From NCBI GenBank assembly GCA_947482665.1, contig CANKJK010000005.1, forward strand, positions 66,674-130,673: a stretch of DNA of 64,000 nucleotides. The letters are read 5' to 3'. Each line of letters begins with the position of its first letter. Within the stretch, counting starts at the first letter, position 1. The stretch is from Acidobacteriota bacterium. Lineage in GTDB: Bacteria; Acidobacteriota; Vicinamibacteria; Vicinamibacterales; UBA2999. The position numbers and the translations under genes are program-made. Shown here piece by piece: positions 8,501 to 17,054 of the stretch. The notes below the pieces were generated by a model. That model was not told where the DNA came from, did not search any database, and saw only the letters and a program-made list of their open reading frames with translations.

Positions 8501-9915
8501 TGGGTGGTGTCGAACCAGTCGCCGGGCCAACGCCAGTGGATCTGGATCCGGGGCGCCGCCGGTCTCTTCCACAGCGCATCGGCCATGAGCCGGTCCGTAA
8601 TCGCCCGCTCGCGCGGGCTTGCCAGGCTGACCTCCTGGTCCTTCAGCCACCCATCGGCGTAGGCCCAGGCCTTCCGCGTGGCGTGCGCGCTGTCGCGGAG
8701 GCTGTAGTGCACGCCTGCCATCTTGATACCCCACGAGAGCGACAGCACCGCCAGGAGCACCACCGTTCCGGCCGCTCGCGGTGACGGCCCTGGGCTGTCA
8801 ACCCGCGCCGCAAGTGCGCCCCCGGCCGCCAGGGCGAACAGTGCGCCGGCTGGACCCATGATGACGTCCTTCGTGTACACCAGATTCATTGTGGCGTTCC
8901 CGGCCAGTACGGCGGCAAACACCACGATGATCCGATCGGCCTCCGAGAGCTGCCACCGGCGCCAACGATCCCAGCCTCGCGCCACGTGCGTGACGAGCAG
9001 CAGCGTCGTCGCGCTGCAGGCCGCCACATTGACGACCATCCAGGGCGCGAGGTCGTCACGCAGCGCCGCGCGCGTCACCCAGAACACGCCGGCACGCGGC
9101 TCGGCGAACAACACCGACCCAGCAGACGCCAGCACGTTATAGGTAAAGAGCTGCCACGGATGGGCGCCAAATCGCGCCTGCACCTCCCGGGGCTCCAGCA
9201 CGGCAAACCCAAAGCCGGTCGCCCGCTCATCGAGTCCAGGCGTCCCGACGTGCAGCACCAGATACCGCATGCCGAGATACGCCACCACGCCAACAACCAC
9301 GGCGCCGACGCCCCAGCGGGAGATGCCCCGCCAGCCAGCGATGTAGGCAGCGACCACGATGACCCCGACGAGCAGTCCGCTCTCGACGGAGAGGGCCGCG
9401 ATGGCCAGCAGCACCACAGCGCCGGCATCGGACCACCAGTGATGCTTCGCTCGCGCCAGGAGCACCGTCAACAGACAGCACAGGACAATAGTCAGGTAGG
9501 CGTTGACCGGGAACGCCTCTCGAATGTTGTCGGCGAAGGTGTGCATCGAGAGCAGCACCGCCACGGCAATCGGCGCCGATGTCGCCTGCGCCCAGGTGCG
9601 AACGCCCAGACACGCCACCAGCGCCGCGATCGTCAGCGTGAGCTGCACCGCGTGCACACCACGAAACCACGTCGTGTAGTCGCCGTCCGAGGCGAGATAC
9701 GCGATCCGGATTGGGACGAAGAGCAGAGGCCGCATATAGCCGTTGGCCCAGAGGTTGTTGACGATCAGTTCGCGCAACGTCCGCCGGTCGGCCGAGAAGA
9801 TGTTCTGCAGGCTGTCGCTCAACTGGACCGGAATGTCGATCAGGAAGTACGACGCCAACGCCGCGACCACTGCCGCATAGATCCAGACAGCCCCCCTTGG
9901 GGTGAGACGCATCAC
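8497..9915 (-). CDS. Polytopic inner-membrane protein, paralog M1 of 3 (GT-C-like or polymerase-like, family unassigned)
   Basis: 472 aa and almost entirely hydrophobic helices. Blocks shared with M2 and M3: IPVQLSDSL.N after TM1, REAFPVNA(Y/F)LTI, ALSVESGLLV, GTPGL.ER(A/S)(T/S)GFGF, YTKDVIM(G/S)P and a soluble C-terminal tail ending WFDTTQ. Start is GTG 9915 (GTGA overlap) or ATG 9912. Confidence 0.7.
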   Translation of the reverse strand: MMRLTPRGAVWIYAAVVAALASYFLIDIPVQLSDSLQNIFSADRRTLRELIVNNLWANGYMRPLLFVPIRIAYLASDGDYTTWFRGVHAVQLTLTIAALVACLGVRTWAQATSAPIAVAVLLSMHTFADNIREAFPVNAYLTIVLCCLLTVLLARAKHHWWSDAGAVVLLAIAALSVESGLLVGVIVVAAYIAGWRGISRWGVGAVVVGVVAYLGMRYLVLHVGTPGLDERATGFGFAVLEPREVQARFGAHPWQLFTYNVLASAGSVLFAEPRAGVFWVTRAALRDDLAPWMVVNVAACSATTLLLVTHVARGWDRWRRWQLSEADRIIVVFAAVLAGNATMNLVYTKDVIMGPAGALFALAAGGALAARVDSPGPSPRAAGTVVLLAVLSLSWGIKMAGVHYSLRDSAHATRKAWAYADGWLKDQEVSLASPRERAITDRLMADALWKRPAAPRIQIHWRWPGDWFDTTQ

Positions 9916-11048
9916 GCGCCTGTCCGCCCGTCGCCGCGCACGGCGCCGTCCCGCAGAATGGCGGCCACGTAGTCGACCTGTTCGGGCGTCAGTTCCGGAT
10001 AAATGGGCAGAGAGAGCACTTCTCCAGCCGCGTGCTCGGCCACGGGAAAGTCGCCGGGCGCGCCGCCGAGATTCCTATAGGCGGGCTGGAGGTGCACGGG
10101 AATGGGATAGTGCACACCCGTCTGCACGCCCGCCGCCTCGAGCCGCACGCGCGCGGTATCCCGATCCGCCAGGCGCACTGCGAACACGTGATACACGTGC
10201 CGGTCACCAGGCCGCTCTGTGGGCACCCGCACGCCGGACCCGACGAGCGCGGCCACATACTGGGCGGCCCGGGCCCGTCTCGCTTCGGTCCAGGCCTGCA
10301 GATGCCGGAGCTTGATGCGAAGGATGGCACCTTGAATGCCATCCATCCGGTAGTTGAAGCCCTTGAGCAGGTGCTCGTACCGGCGCTCCTCGCCCCAGCT
10401 TCGGAGCAGCCGCGCCGTGTGCGCGATCGCGGGGTCCGCGGTCACAAGCGCACCACCTTCGCCATAGGCTCCGAGATTCTTGCCGGGATAGAAAGAGAAG
10501 CAGGACACATCGCCCATCGAGCCGCAGGGCTGCCCCTGGTACGTGGCGCCATGTGCCTGCGCCGCATCCTCGATCACGCGCAGCCCGTGCCGCCTGGCGA
10601 TGGCGAGAATCGGATTCATGTCCGCCGGGTGCCCGAAGAGGTGGACGGGCATGATGGCCTTCGTCCGGGGAGTAATGGCCGCCTCGATCTTCGCCGGATC
10701 CATCGTCAGGTACTCCGGCTCCACGTCCACGAGAACGGGTCTCGCGCCGGCGTATTCAATCGCTGAGACGGTCGCGACGAACGTGAACGGCACCGTGATG
10801 ACCTCATCTCCCGGTCCGATCCCGCAGGCCAGCAGCGCCAGATGGAGCGCACTCGTGCCGGAGTTCACGGCCACGCACTCCGAAGTGCCCGTAAACGCGG
10901 CGAACTCCTGCTCGAACGCGGTGACATCAGGTCCGAGAATGAACTGCGTGCTCCCAAGCACCCGCAACACCGCGGCATCAATCTCCGTCTTGAGGGCGCG
11001 GTACTGGGAGGCCAGGTCGAGATACGGAACCTTCATCACGATTCTCAC
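9912..11048 (-). CDS. DegT-family PLP-dependent sugar aminotransferase (second copy)
   Basis: 378 aa with KVPYLDLASQYRALKTEID, NSGTSALHLAL, FSFYPGKNLGAYGEGG (catalytic Lys) and FNYRMDGIQGAIL. Start is GTG 11048 (GTGA overlap) or ATG 11036. Confidence 0.9.
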   Translation of the reverse strand: MRIVMKVPYLDLASQYRALKTEIDAAVLRVLGSTQFILGPDVTAFEQEFAAFTGTSECVAVNSGTSALHLALLACGIGPGDEVITVPFTFVATVSAIEYAGARPVLVDVEPEYLTMDPAKIEAAITPRTKAIMPVHLFGHPADMNPILAIARRHGLRVIEDAAQAHGATYQGQPCGSMGDVSCFSFYPGKNLGAYGEGGALVTADPAIAHTARLLRSWGEERRYEHLLKGFNYRMDGIQGAILRIKLRHLQAWTEARRARAAQYVAALVGSGVRVPTERPGDRHVYHVFAVRLADRDTARVRLEAAGVQTGVHYPIPVHLQPAYRNLGGAPGDFPVAEHAAGEVLSLPIYPELTPEQVDYVAAILRDGAVRGDGRTGA

Positions 11049-11506
11049 TTCTCTGGGGGTAACGGACGGTCAGCCAAGGCCGCGCACTCCTCTGCCTGCG
11101 GGACACGGGGCAGGAGCATGGCCGCGATTTCCGCGTCTCCGTACGATAGCGCAGCGCACGCGAACTGGACGCGGCTCCCAGCATCCGGGGCCGCACCGAA
11201 ATCAAGCAGCACGCGAATCAGGTCTGGTTCATGCACGCGAAGCGCCTCCTGCATCGGCGTCGTGCGCCGGCCCGGCTGCTCCGGCGTCGGACTCGGATAC
11301 TCCGCGGTGACGGAGGCGCCAGCGTCTAGCAGGCGCACCGCCTGGGCGAAGTCCCGGTGGTAGATTGCCTGCGACGGCGTCATCGGCGCGTCCGCCCAGG
11401 GCGTGGCCACCAGCACACCTCCGACGAGGGCCCACACACCCGCCAGCGGCGCGACAGCCGCCACGGCGATGACCGCGGCGCCGAGCTGTCGTGAGAGGAA
11501 CGCCAT
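11045..11506 (-). CDS. Signal-anchored small protein with ankyrin-like repeats (paralog K2)
   Basis: 153 aa. N-terminal helix AAVIAVAAVAPLAGVWALVGGVLV, then TTPMQEALRVHEPDLIRVLLDFGAAPD (ankyrin-like). The start abuts the stop of M2 (11507). Confidence 0.6.
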   Translation of the reverse strand: MAFLSRQLGAAVIAVAAVAPLAGVWALVGGVLVATPWADAPMTPSQAIYHRDFAQAVRLLDAGASVTAEYPSPTPEQPGRRTTPMQEALRVHEPDLIRVLLDFGAAPDAGSRVQFACAALSYGDAEIAAMLLPRVPQAEECAALADRPLPPEK

Positions 11507-12973
11507 CTACTGCAGGTCGAAATAGGTGAAGTAGCCAGGCACAGGACGGGACGGCAACGGCACGGGCATGTCCAGCGCCCGGCGCCGGAGGGTCTCCACC
11601 AGTGCCCTGTCGGCGGGCGCATCGACACTGATGTGCTGGCCCTCGAGCCACGGGTACACGGTGGCCCAGTCGTTCCGGGTCTTGAAGGCCTCCGCCGTGA
11701 GCAGGACAGGGAGCGCCGCGGCGCGCACCGCCCAGCCCGTGGCCATCACTGCGACGACCGCGGCAACCGCGACGCGACCCGAGAGTGGGGCCCGGGCCGG
11801 TTCGGCCAGCGAGCGCACGGCCGCGTAGACGATCAGGGCTAAGCACACGCCACCCGGGCTCATGATCACGTCCTTGGTGTACGCGTAGCCGAGGCAGGCG
11901 TTCGCGCCGAGTACGGCACACCCGACCGCGGCTACGCGGTCGGCGTAGGTCATCCGGCAGTCCTGCCAGCGGCGAGTGGCCCCGATCGCCCAGACGACAC
12001 AGACGAGCGTGGTCAGCACCGAGACACCGATGTCCAGGGCGAGCCAAGGCGGCATCTCGCCATTCTCGAGCCACCGCTTCGCCGACAGGAAGATGCCGGC
12101 CCGCGGGTCTGAAACGAGCACCGTCATCAGGGACGCCGCTACGTTGTACGCATAGAACACCATGGGGTGCCCGCCGAACCGACGGATCAACTCCGGCGGA
12201 TCCAGAACCGAGATGCCGAAGCCGGAGGAGCGCTCCACGAGGCCGGGGAGGCCGTTGCCGGACACGCCGAAGCGCAGGCCTAGGTATCCCGCCACCAGTG
12301 CGATCGAGAGCGCCACACCGGCGCGGGAGATGCCCGTCAGGCCGACAAGGCGGCCCGCGAGGATGGCCACGGCCACCAGCAGCCCGGACTCTACGGTCAA
12401 CGCAGCGAAGACCAGGAGCGCGGCCGCCGCGACGTCCACCACTGGTCGCGGCCTGAGCGTGCTCAGATTGATGGCCAGCAGCACGCACACGACAATCGTC
12501 AGGAAGGCGTTGACGGGGTGCGCCTCGCGGACGGTGCCGCTGAAGGTGTGCAGTCCGAACACGACAGCCAGGGCGAGCGGCACGAAGGCCGCGTCGAGCC
12601 ACGACCGGACACGAAGGAGACGGACCGTGAGGACGGTCATGACCAGCAGCTGCACGGCATGGATGGTCTTCAGCACCAGCAGGAAGCCCGGCGACGCGAG
12701 GTCGTAGGCAAGCTTGATCTGGACCCACAACAGCGGCCGCAGGAAGCCCTTCGCCGAGAATTGGTCAATGAACACCCGCCGGTACGGCACGCTGCGGGCC
12801 TCCAGCATGTTCCCAAGGCTGTCGCTGACCTGCACGGGGATGTGCGCGACATACCAGGCCACCACGAGGGCCATGCCTGCACCCAGTGCGTAGGACACGA
12901 TCACCCAGAGGCGAGCCGCCCGGCCGTCGTGCACGCCTGGTGCGGCGCCCGAATCTGACGCAGACACGGTCAT
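11507..12973 (-). CDS. Polytopic inner-membrane protein, paralog M2
   Basis: Track ORF 11507..13015 trimmed to ATG 12973 (ATGA overlap with the acetyltransferase stop). Carries the same conserved blocks as M1 and M3: HIPVQVSDSLGN, REAHPVNAFLTI, ALTVESGLLV and YTKDVIMSPGG. Confidence 0.7.
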   Translation of the reverse strand: MTVSASDSGAAPGVHDGRAARLWVIVSYALGAGMALVVAWYVAHIPVQVSDSLGNMLEARSVPYRRVFIDQFSAKGFLRPLLWVQIKLAYDLASPGFLLVLKTIHAVQLLVMTVLTVRLLRVRSWLDAAFVPLALAVVFGLHTFSGTVREAHPVNAFLTIVVCVLLAINLSTLRPRPVVDVAAAALLVFAALTVESGLLVAVAILAGRLVGLTGISRAGVALSIALVAGYLGLRFGVSGNGLPGLVERSSGFGISVLDPPELIRRFGGHPMVFYAYNVAASLMTVLVSDPRAGIFLSAKRWLENGEMPPWLALDIGVSVLTTLVCVVWAIGATRRWQDCRMTYADRVAAVGCAVLGANACLGYAYTKDVIMSPGGVCLALIVYAAVRSLAEPARAPLSGRVAVAAVVAVMATGWAVRAAALPVLLTAEAFKTRNDWATVYPWLEGQHISVDAPADRALVETLRRRALDMPVPLPSRPVPGYFTYFDLQ

Positions 12974-13677
12974 ACGTGGCGGCCGGACGCCGGGACCCGC
13001 GGATCGGTGCGCCACCGCAGGAACCGGGCCGGAACGCCTGCGACGATCGCGCCCGGCTCAACGTCGGCCGTGACAACCGAACCCGCCCCGATGATGGCCC
13101 CCTTGCCGACGCGCACGCCCGGCAGGATTACCGCGCTCACGCCGACATCCGCCCACGCCTCGACCCGCACCGGCGCGATGACCAGGTCGGTGGCAATCAC
13201 GGGCCCATCCACCGGTTCGCCCGTGTGCTGGGAGCCCAGAATCCTGGCCCCCGAACCCCAGCCCACGTACTCGCCAATTTCCAGGTCGCGTGCATCGAGA
13301 TAGGCCTGTGGTCCGATCCACGCACGGTCTCCGATGACACACCGTCCGTCGAAGCGTCCCTGGATAAAGGACTGTTCGCCGATGAAGACGCCGTCACCCA
13401 CCTCGATGGTCTCTGGGTGGCGGACGAGGGCGCCGCGGCCGACCCGAAGGCCGTCCCCGCACCGCTTCAGCATCGCGCGCCAGGCCACCCGGCGCAGCCG
13501 CGCGTCCTCCTCCGTGTCGCCCCACGCGTGCGCCGCCGCCACGGCCCGCAGATCGGCCAGCGTGCGGTCACGGCGCCACGCGTCCGCCAGCGCCACGTCT
13601 TCGGCGGGGTCGGGCGCCACGGCCTGCTGGCCGTGCACGGCCGGCACGATCCGCGAGCCCGCGGGCTCGTCTCTCAC
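12970..13677 (-). CDS. Left-handed beta-helix (hexapeptide-repeat) acyl/acetyltransferase
   Basis: Track ORF 12970..13806 trimmed to GTG 13677 (GTGA overlap). Hexapeptide periodicity is visible in VGDGVFIGEQSFIQG...IGDRAWIGPQAYL...VGVSAVILPGVRVGKGAIIGAGSVVTADVEPGAIVAGVPA. Confidence 0.8.
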   Translation of the reverse strand: MRDEPAGSRIVPAVHGQQAVAPDPAEDVALADAWRRDRTLADLRAVAAAHAWGDTEEDARLRRVAWRAMLKRCGDGLRVGRGALVRHPETIEVGDGVFIGEQSFIQGRFDGRCVIGDRAWIGPQAYLDARDLEIGEYVGWGSGARILGSQHTGEPVDGPVIATDLVIAPVRVEAWADVGVSAVILPGVRVGKGAIIGAGSVVTADVEPGAIVAGVPARFLRWRTDPRVPASGRHV

Positions 13678-14696
13678 CGGAGGACCGGCTCCGTGGAAGC
13701 CGATGCCCCGCGCGCCGCGAGCGAGGTCGCCGCGGCCTCGAGCAGCCGCACCACGCGCAGGCCGGCCGCGCCGTCCGTGAGCGGCGTCGCCCCGGTTTCG
13801 ATGCACTCGGCGAAGTGCGCGATCTCGGTCTGCAGCGCCTCGGCCACGGGCAGGTGCGGCGCCGACATGTCGCCGGAGCGATACCCGACCAGGACCTGGT
13901 AGAGATTCTCTGGACTGGTGTCGACCGAGATGCCGCGGTCGTACACCTTCACCTTCTCGCTGGCTTCCAGGTCGTCGAAGACCACCATCCGGCGGCTTCC
14001 GCCGATGAGCGTCCGCCTAACCTTCACCGGGGCAAGCCAGCTCGCGTGCACATGGCCGAGGAGCGTCCCTTCGAAGAACATCGTCAGATAAGCCACGTCC
14101 TCGGGCTTGCCCGGCACGTGCGACATCCCTGTGGCGGACACCGAGACCGGGCTCCGTCCGAGCACGTAGTCCATGATCGAGAGGTCGTGCACGGCGAGGT
14201 CCCACAGCACGTTGACGTCGTGCTGGAAGAGGCCGAGGTTGATCCGCACCGAGTCGTAGTAGTAGATGTCGCCCAGCTCACCGTCTTCGACGAGCTGCCG
14301 GATCTTGCGCACCGCCGGCGTGTAGACGAACGTGTGATCCACCATCAGGGTGAGCCCGCGCCGCGCGGCCTCCGTCACGATCGCTTCCGCGTCGGCCACG
14401 GACGAGGCCAGCGGCTTTTCGACCAGCACGTGCTTCCCCGCCCTGAGCGCCGCCAGCGCCAGGGGAGCATGCGTGGCCACCGGCGTTGCGATGGCGACCG
14501 CGTCGATGTCGGGCGCGGCGAGGAGCGCCTCGGCGCTCTCGACCACCCGAGCGCCTGGGAACCGCCGGGCCGCCGCCTCCCGGCGCGCCCCCGACGGATC
14601 CGCGATGGCGACGAGCGCCGTGGATGGGCATTCGGCAAAGTTGCGCGCCAGGTTCGGCCCCCAGTAGCCGTATCCGATTACGCCGATCCTAATCAT
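13674..14696 (-). CDS. Gfo/Idh/MocA-family NAD-dependent sugar oxidoreductase (WbpB/UDP-GlcNAc 3-dehydrogenase-like)
   Basis: 340 aa with MIRIGVIGYGYWGPNLARNF Rossmann start and HVLVEKPLA. ATGA overlap with the stop of K3. Confidence 0.85.
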   Translation of the reverse strand: MIRIGVIGYGYWGPNLARNFAECPSTALVAIADPSGARREAAARRFPGARVVESAEALLAAPDIDAVAIATPVATHAPLALAALRAGKHVLVEKPLASSVADAEAIVTEAARRGLTLMVDHTFVYTPAVRKIRQLVEDGELGDIYYYDSVRINLGLFQHDVNVLWDLAVHDLSIMDYVLGRSPVSVSATGMSHVPGKPEDVAYLTMFFEGTLLGHVHASWLAPVKVRRTLIGGSRRMVVFDDLEASEKVKVYDRGISVDTSPENLYQVLVGYRSGDMSAPHLPVAEALQTEIAHFAECIETGATPLTDGAAGLRVVRLLEAAATSLAARGASASTEPVLR

Positions 14697-15175
14697 CGCT
14701 GCTGCACCGCCTCACCACAGGCATCGGGTGTCCAGTCCGGAGGGGAAATCATGTGACTCACGCTCGTCCGGCCCTTGCCTGCCAGAAAACACGCGACCTC
14801 GCGGGCCTCCGCCGGCAGCAGGGTCGCGCCAAACCGCTGCGCCAGCCGCACCATGTCGTCGTCCGACGTATACGCGGCGGCGGACAGGGGCCGGACACGC
14901 GTGCCGACATCGCTGGCGAGCATGCCCGGCCGAATATCGTACATTGCGGCCGGATCCGCTCCGTCCCGGAACATCCTGACAGCGGTCGCCGAGTCGCTGA
15001 GCGCCAGCGCTTCCGCCACGTTGCGCGGCGGGTCCGGCCGGAAAGGTCCCATGCCAGCCGCCCCTCCGAGGGTTACGGCCGCGACGAACCCCACGGCCGC
15101 CACGAGTGGCGCCACGATCACAAGGGGCACGGCCCACGGGCGGTTCATCGGGTCCCGGCGCTCACTGGGTCTCAT
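14693..15175 (-). CDS. Signal-anchored small protein with ankyrin-like repeats (paralog K3)
   Basis: Track ORF 14693..15247. Candidate starts are ATG 15175 (14-nt overlap with the M3 stop) and ATG 15148 (13-nt gap). Helix WAVPLVIVAPLVAAVGFVAAVTL, then NVAEALALSDSATAVRMFRDGADP and RPLSAAAYTSDDDMVRLAQRFGA. Confidence 0.55.
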   Translation of the reverse strand: MRPSERRDPMNRPWAVPLVIVAPLVAAVGFVAAVTLGGAAGMGPFRPDPPRNVAEALALSDSATAVRMFRDGADPAAMYDIRPGMLASDVGTRVRPLSAAAYTSDDDMVRLAQRFGATLLPAEAREVACFLAGKGRTSVSHMISPPDWTPDACGEAVQQR

Positions 15176-16583
15176 CGAACCATCCCGGGCTCCACGGCAG
15201 TCGTGGCCAGGGTGGAACAGGCAGTCGAGTGAGCGCGTCTGTTTCAAGCGCGTTCTTCACCGCCCGCTTCGCCGGGGTGTCGAGCACAATCTCCTGGCGC
15301 GCCAGCCACTGATCCACCTGCGCCCACTCCTTCCGGACCGAGACGCTCTCCTTGCGCACGCTGTAGTGAATGCCGATGAACTTGATGGCCCACGCGGCCG
15401 TGAGCATCGTCAGTGCCGCGGTTGCCACGACGGAGGCGGCCCGGCCCCGACGCAGCCACGGTGCCGCCAGCGCGTCGCGCATGGCCACGTAGGCGGCCGC
15501 GGCGACGAAGACGCCGGCCACCGACAGGACGACGTCCTTCAAGTACGCGTAGCAGAACGCCGCGTTGGCCGCGGCCATTACCGGCAGCATCAGGAGCACG
15601 CGGTCATGGTGCGTGAGGCCGTGTGTCCAGCCTCGACGCCGGCGCCAGAGCGAGATGGCCACCAGGAGTGTCACGCCGGTGGCACAGGCCACGTTCAGTT
15701 GCATCCAGGGCTCGTGCGGTCCGACCTCAAACCCCCGGACGAACCGGTACACGCCGCCCCGCGGTTCGCCGACCAACAGCGCCAGCAGTGCCCCGGACAC
15801 GTTGTAGGCGTAAAAGACGAGCGGACGGCCTCCGAACCGGCGCTGGATGTCGGCCGCGTCCATCGGGGCAAACCCGAAGCCGGATGCCCGCTCCACCAAA
15901 TCGGGCGTACCGGTGTGAAACCACCCGAACCGCACGACGAGGTAGGCGGCGACGCCCGCCGTGATCGTGATCACGGCTCCCCGCGAGATGCCGCGCCAGC
16001 CCAGCACCCACGCGGTCACCGCAGCGACCCAGACCAACAGGCCCGACTCGAGCGTCAGCACCGCGTAGGCAAACAGCAGCACGGCGAGGACGTCTTTGCC
16101 GAGGCGCGGGCGCCCGGCCGCGAGGACCGCCACCCACAGCGTGCACACAGCCATCGCCAGGAAGTGGTTGATCGGGAACGCCTCGCGGATGGCGCCGGGA
16201 AACGTGTTGCCGCCGACAAGTACCGCCACGGCGAAGAGAAACGCGGCCAGGTCCGTGCCCGTCTCGACCCGCACCCAGCGCGCCAGCAGTAGGAGGAGCC
16301 CGAGCAGCTGCGCCACGTGGATGGCCTTGAACCAGACGAAGTAGGCACCGCCGGACCAGTCCATGACGAGCCGGTACGGCGGCCACATCAGTGGCCGGAA
16401 GAATCCCTCATTCGTCATCTTCCCGACGAACACCTGCCAGGCGCTGACATCCGCCACGCTGATCATGTTGCTGGCGCCATCGGTCAGCTGAATCGGGATC
16501 CGCGTCATGAAGTAGCCGAGCGTGGCCGTCACCAAGACGGCGACCGCGATAGCCAGCGCCTTCCACGGCCGCGGGCCGCTCAA
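15162..16583 (-). CDS. Polytopic inner-membrane protein, paralog M3
   Basis: Track ORF 15162..16706 trimmed to TTG 16583 (TTGA overlap with the acetyltransferase stop). Blocks RIPIQLTDGASN, REAFPINHFLAM, VLTLESGLLV, GTPDLVERASGFGF and the tail ending WFDETQ. Confidence 0.7.
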   Translation of the reverse strand: MSGPRPWKALAIAVAVLVTATLGYFMTRIPIQLTDGASNMISVADVSAWQVFVGKMTNEGFFRPLMWPPYRLVMDWSGGAYFVWFKAIHVAQLLGLLLLLARWVRVETGTDLAAFLFAVAVLVGGNTFPGAIREAFPINHFLAMAVCTLWVAVLAAGRPRLGKDVLAVLLFAYAVLTLESGLLVWVAAVTAWVLGWRGISRGAVITITAGVAAYLVVRFGWFHTGTPDLVERASGFGFAPMDAADIQRRFGGRPLVFYAYNVSGALLALLVGEPRGGVYRFVRGFEVGPHEPWMQLNVACATGVTLLVAISLWRRRRGWTHGLTHHDRVLLMLPVMAAANAAFCYAYLKDVVLSVAGVFVAAAAYVAMRDALAAPWLRRGRAASVVATAALTMLTAAWAIKFIGIHYSVRKESVSVRKEWAQVDQWLARQEIVLDTPAKRAVKNALETDALTRLPVPPWPRLPWSPGWFDETQ

Positions 16584-17053
16584 CGGCCCTCCGAACGGCG
16601 CACGAGGCGCGCCGGCACCCCTGCGACGACGGCGCCTGCCGGTACGTCGTGCGTCACCACCGCACCCGCACCGACCATTGCACCCGCGCCGATTGTGACG
16701 CCGCACATCAACACAGCACCGCTACCGATGGAGGACCCGCGGCCCACGCGCGTCGGCACCACGGTCCAGTCAGCCTCCGTTTGCAGGCGACCATCGGCCG
16801 TGGCACGCGGGTAGCGGTCATTGATGAACATGACGCCGTGGCCCACGAAGACATCGTCCTCGATGGTCACGCCCTCGCAGACGAAGGTGTGGGACGAGAT
16901 CTTGCAGCGCGCGCCAACGGACGCGCCCTTCTGGATCTCGACGAAGGTACCGATCTTCGTGTCGGCGCCGATGGCACAGCCATACAGGTTCACCAAGTCC
17001 GGATGGTGAATGACCACGCCGGAACCCAGCACGACGGAAGGGGCGATAGGCAT
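16580..17053 (-). CDS. Left-handed beta-helix N-acetyltransferase (QdtC/WxcM-C-terminal-like)
   Basis: Track ORF 16580..17104 trimmed to ATG 17053 (1 nt after the upstream stop). Hexapeptide repeats are visible in IGADTKIGTFVEIQKGASVGARCKISSHTFV...VGRGSSIGSGAVLMCGVTIGAGAMVGAGAVVTHDVPAGAVVAGVPA. Confidence 0.8.
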   Translation of the reverse strand: MPIAPSVVLGSGVVIHHPDLVNLYGCAIGADTKIGTFVEIQKGASVGARCKISSHTFVCEGVTIEDDVFVGHGVMFINDRYPRATADGRLQTEADWTVVPTRVGRGSSIGSGAVLMCGVTIGAGAMVGAGAVVTHDVPAGAVVAGVPARLVRRSEGR

Positions 17054-17054
17054 C

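Noticed and set aside
11229-12728. Alternative-frame minus-strand ORFs inside the membrane-protein and FamA/B/C genes. Examples: 11229..12728 (499 aa), 15727..16386, 28032..28793, 30919..31671.
   Set aside because: They are out of frame with ORFs that show conserved paralog blocks and hydrophobic helices. Their composition (R, G, P, A) is typical of non-coding frames in GC-rich genes.
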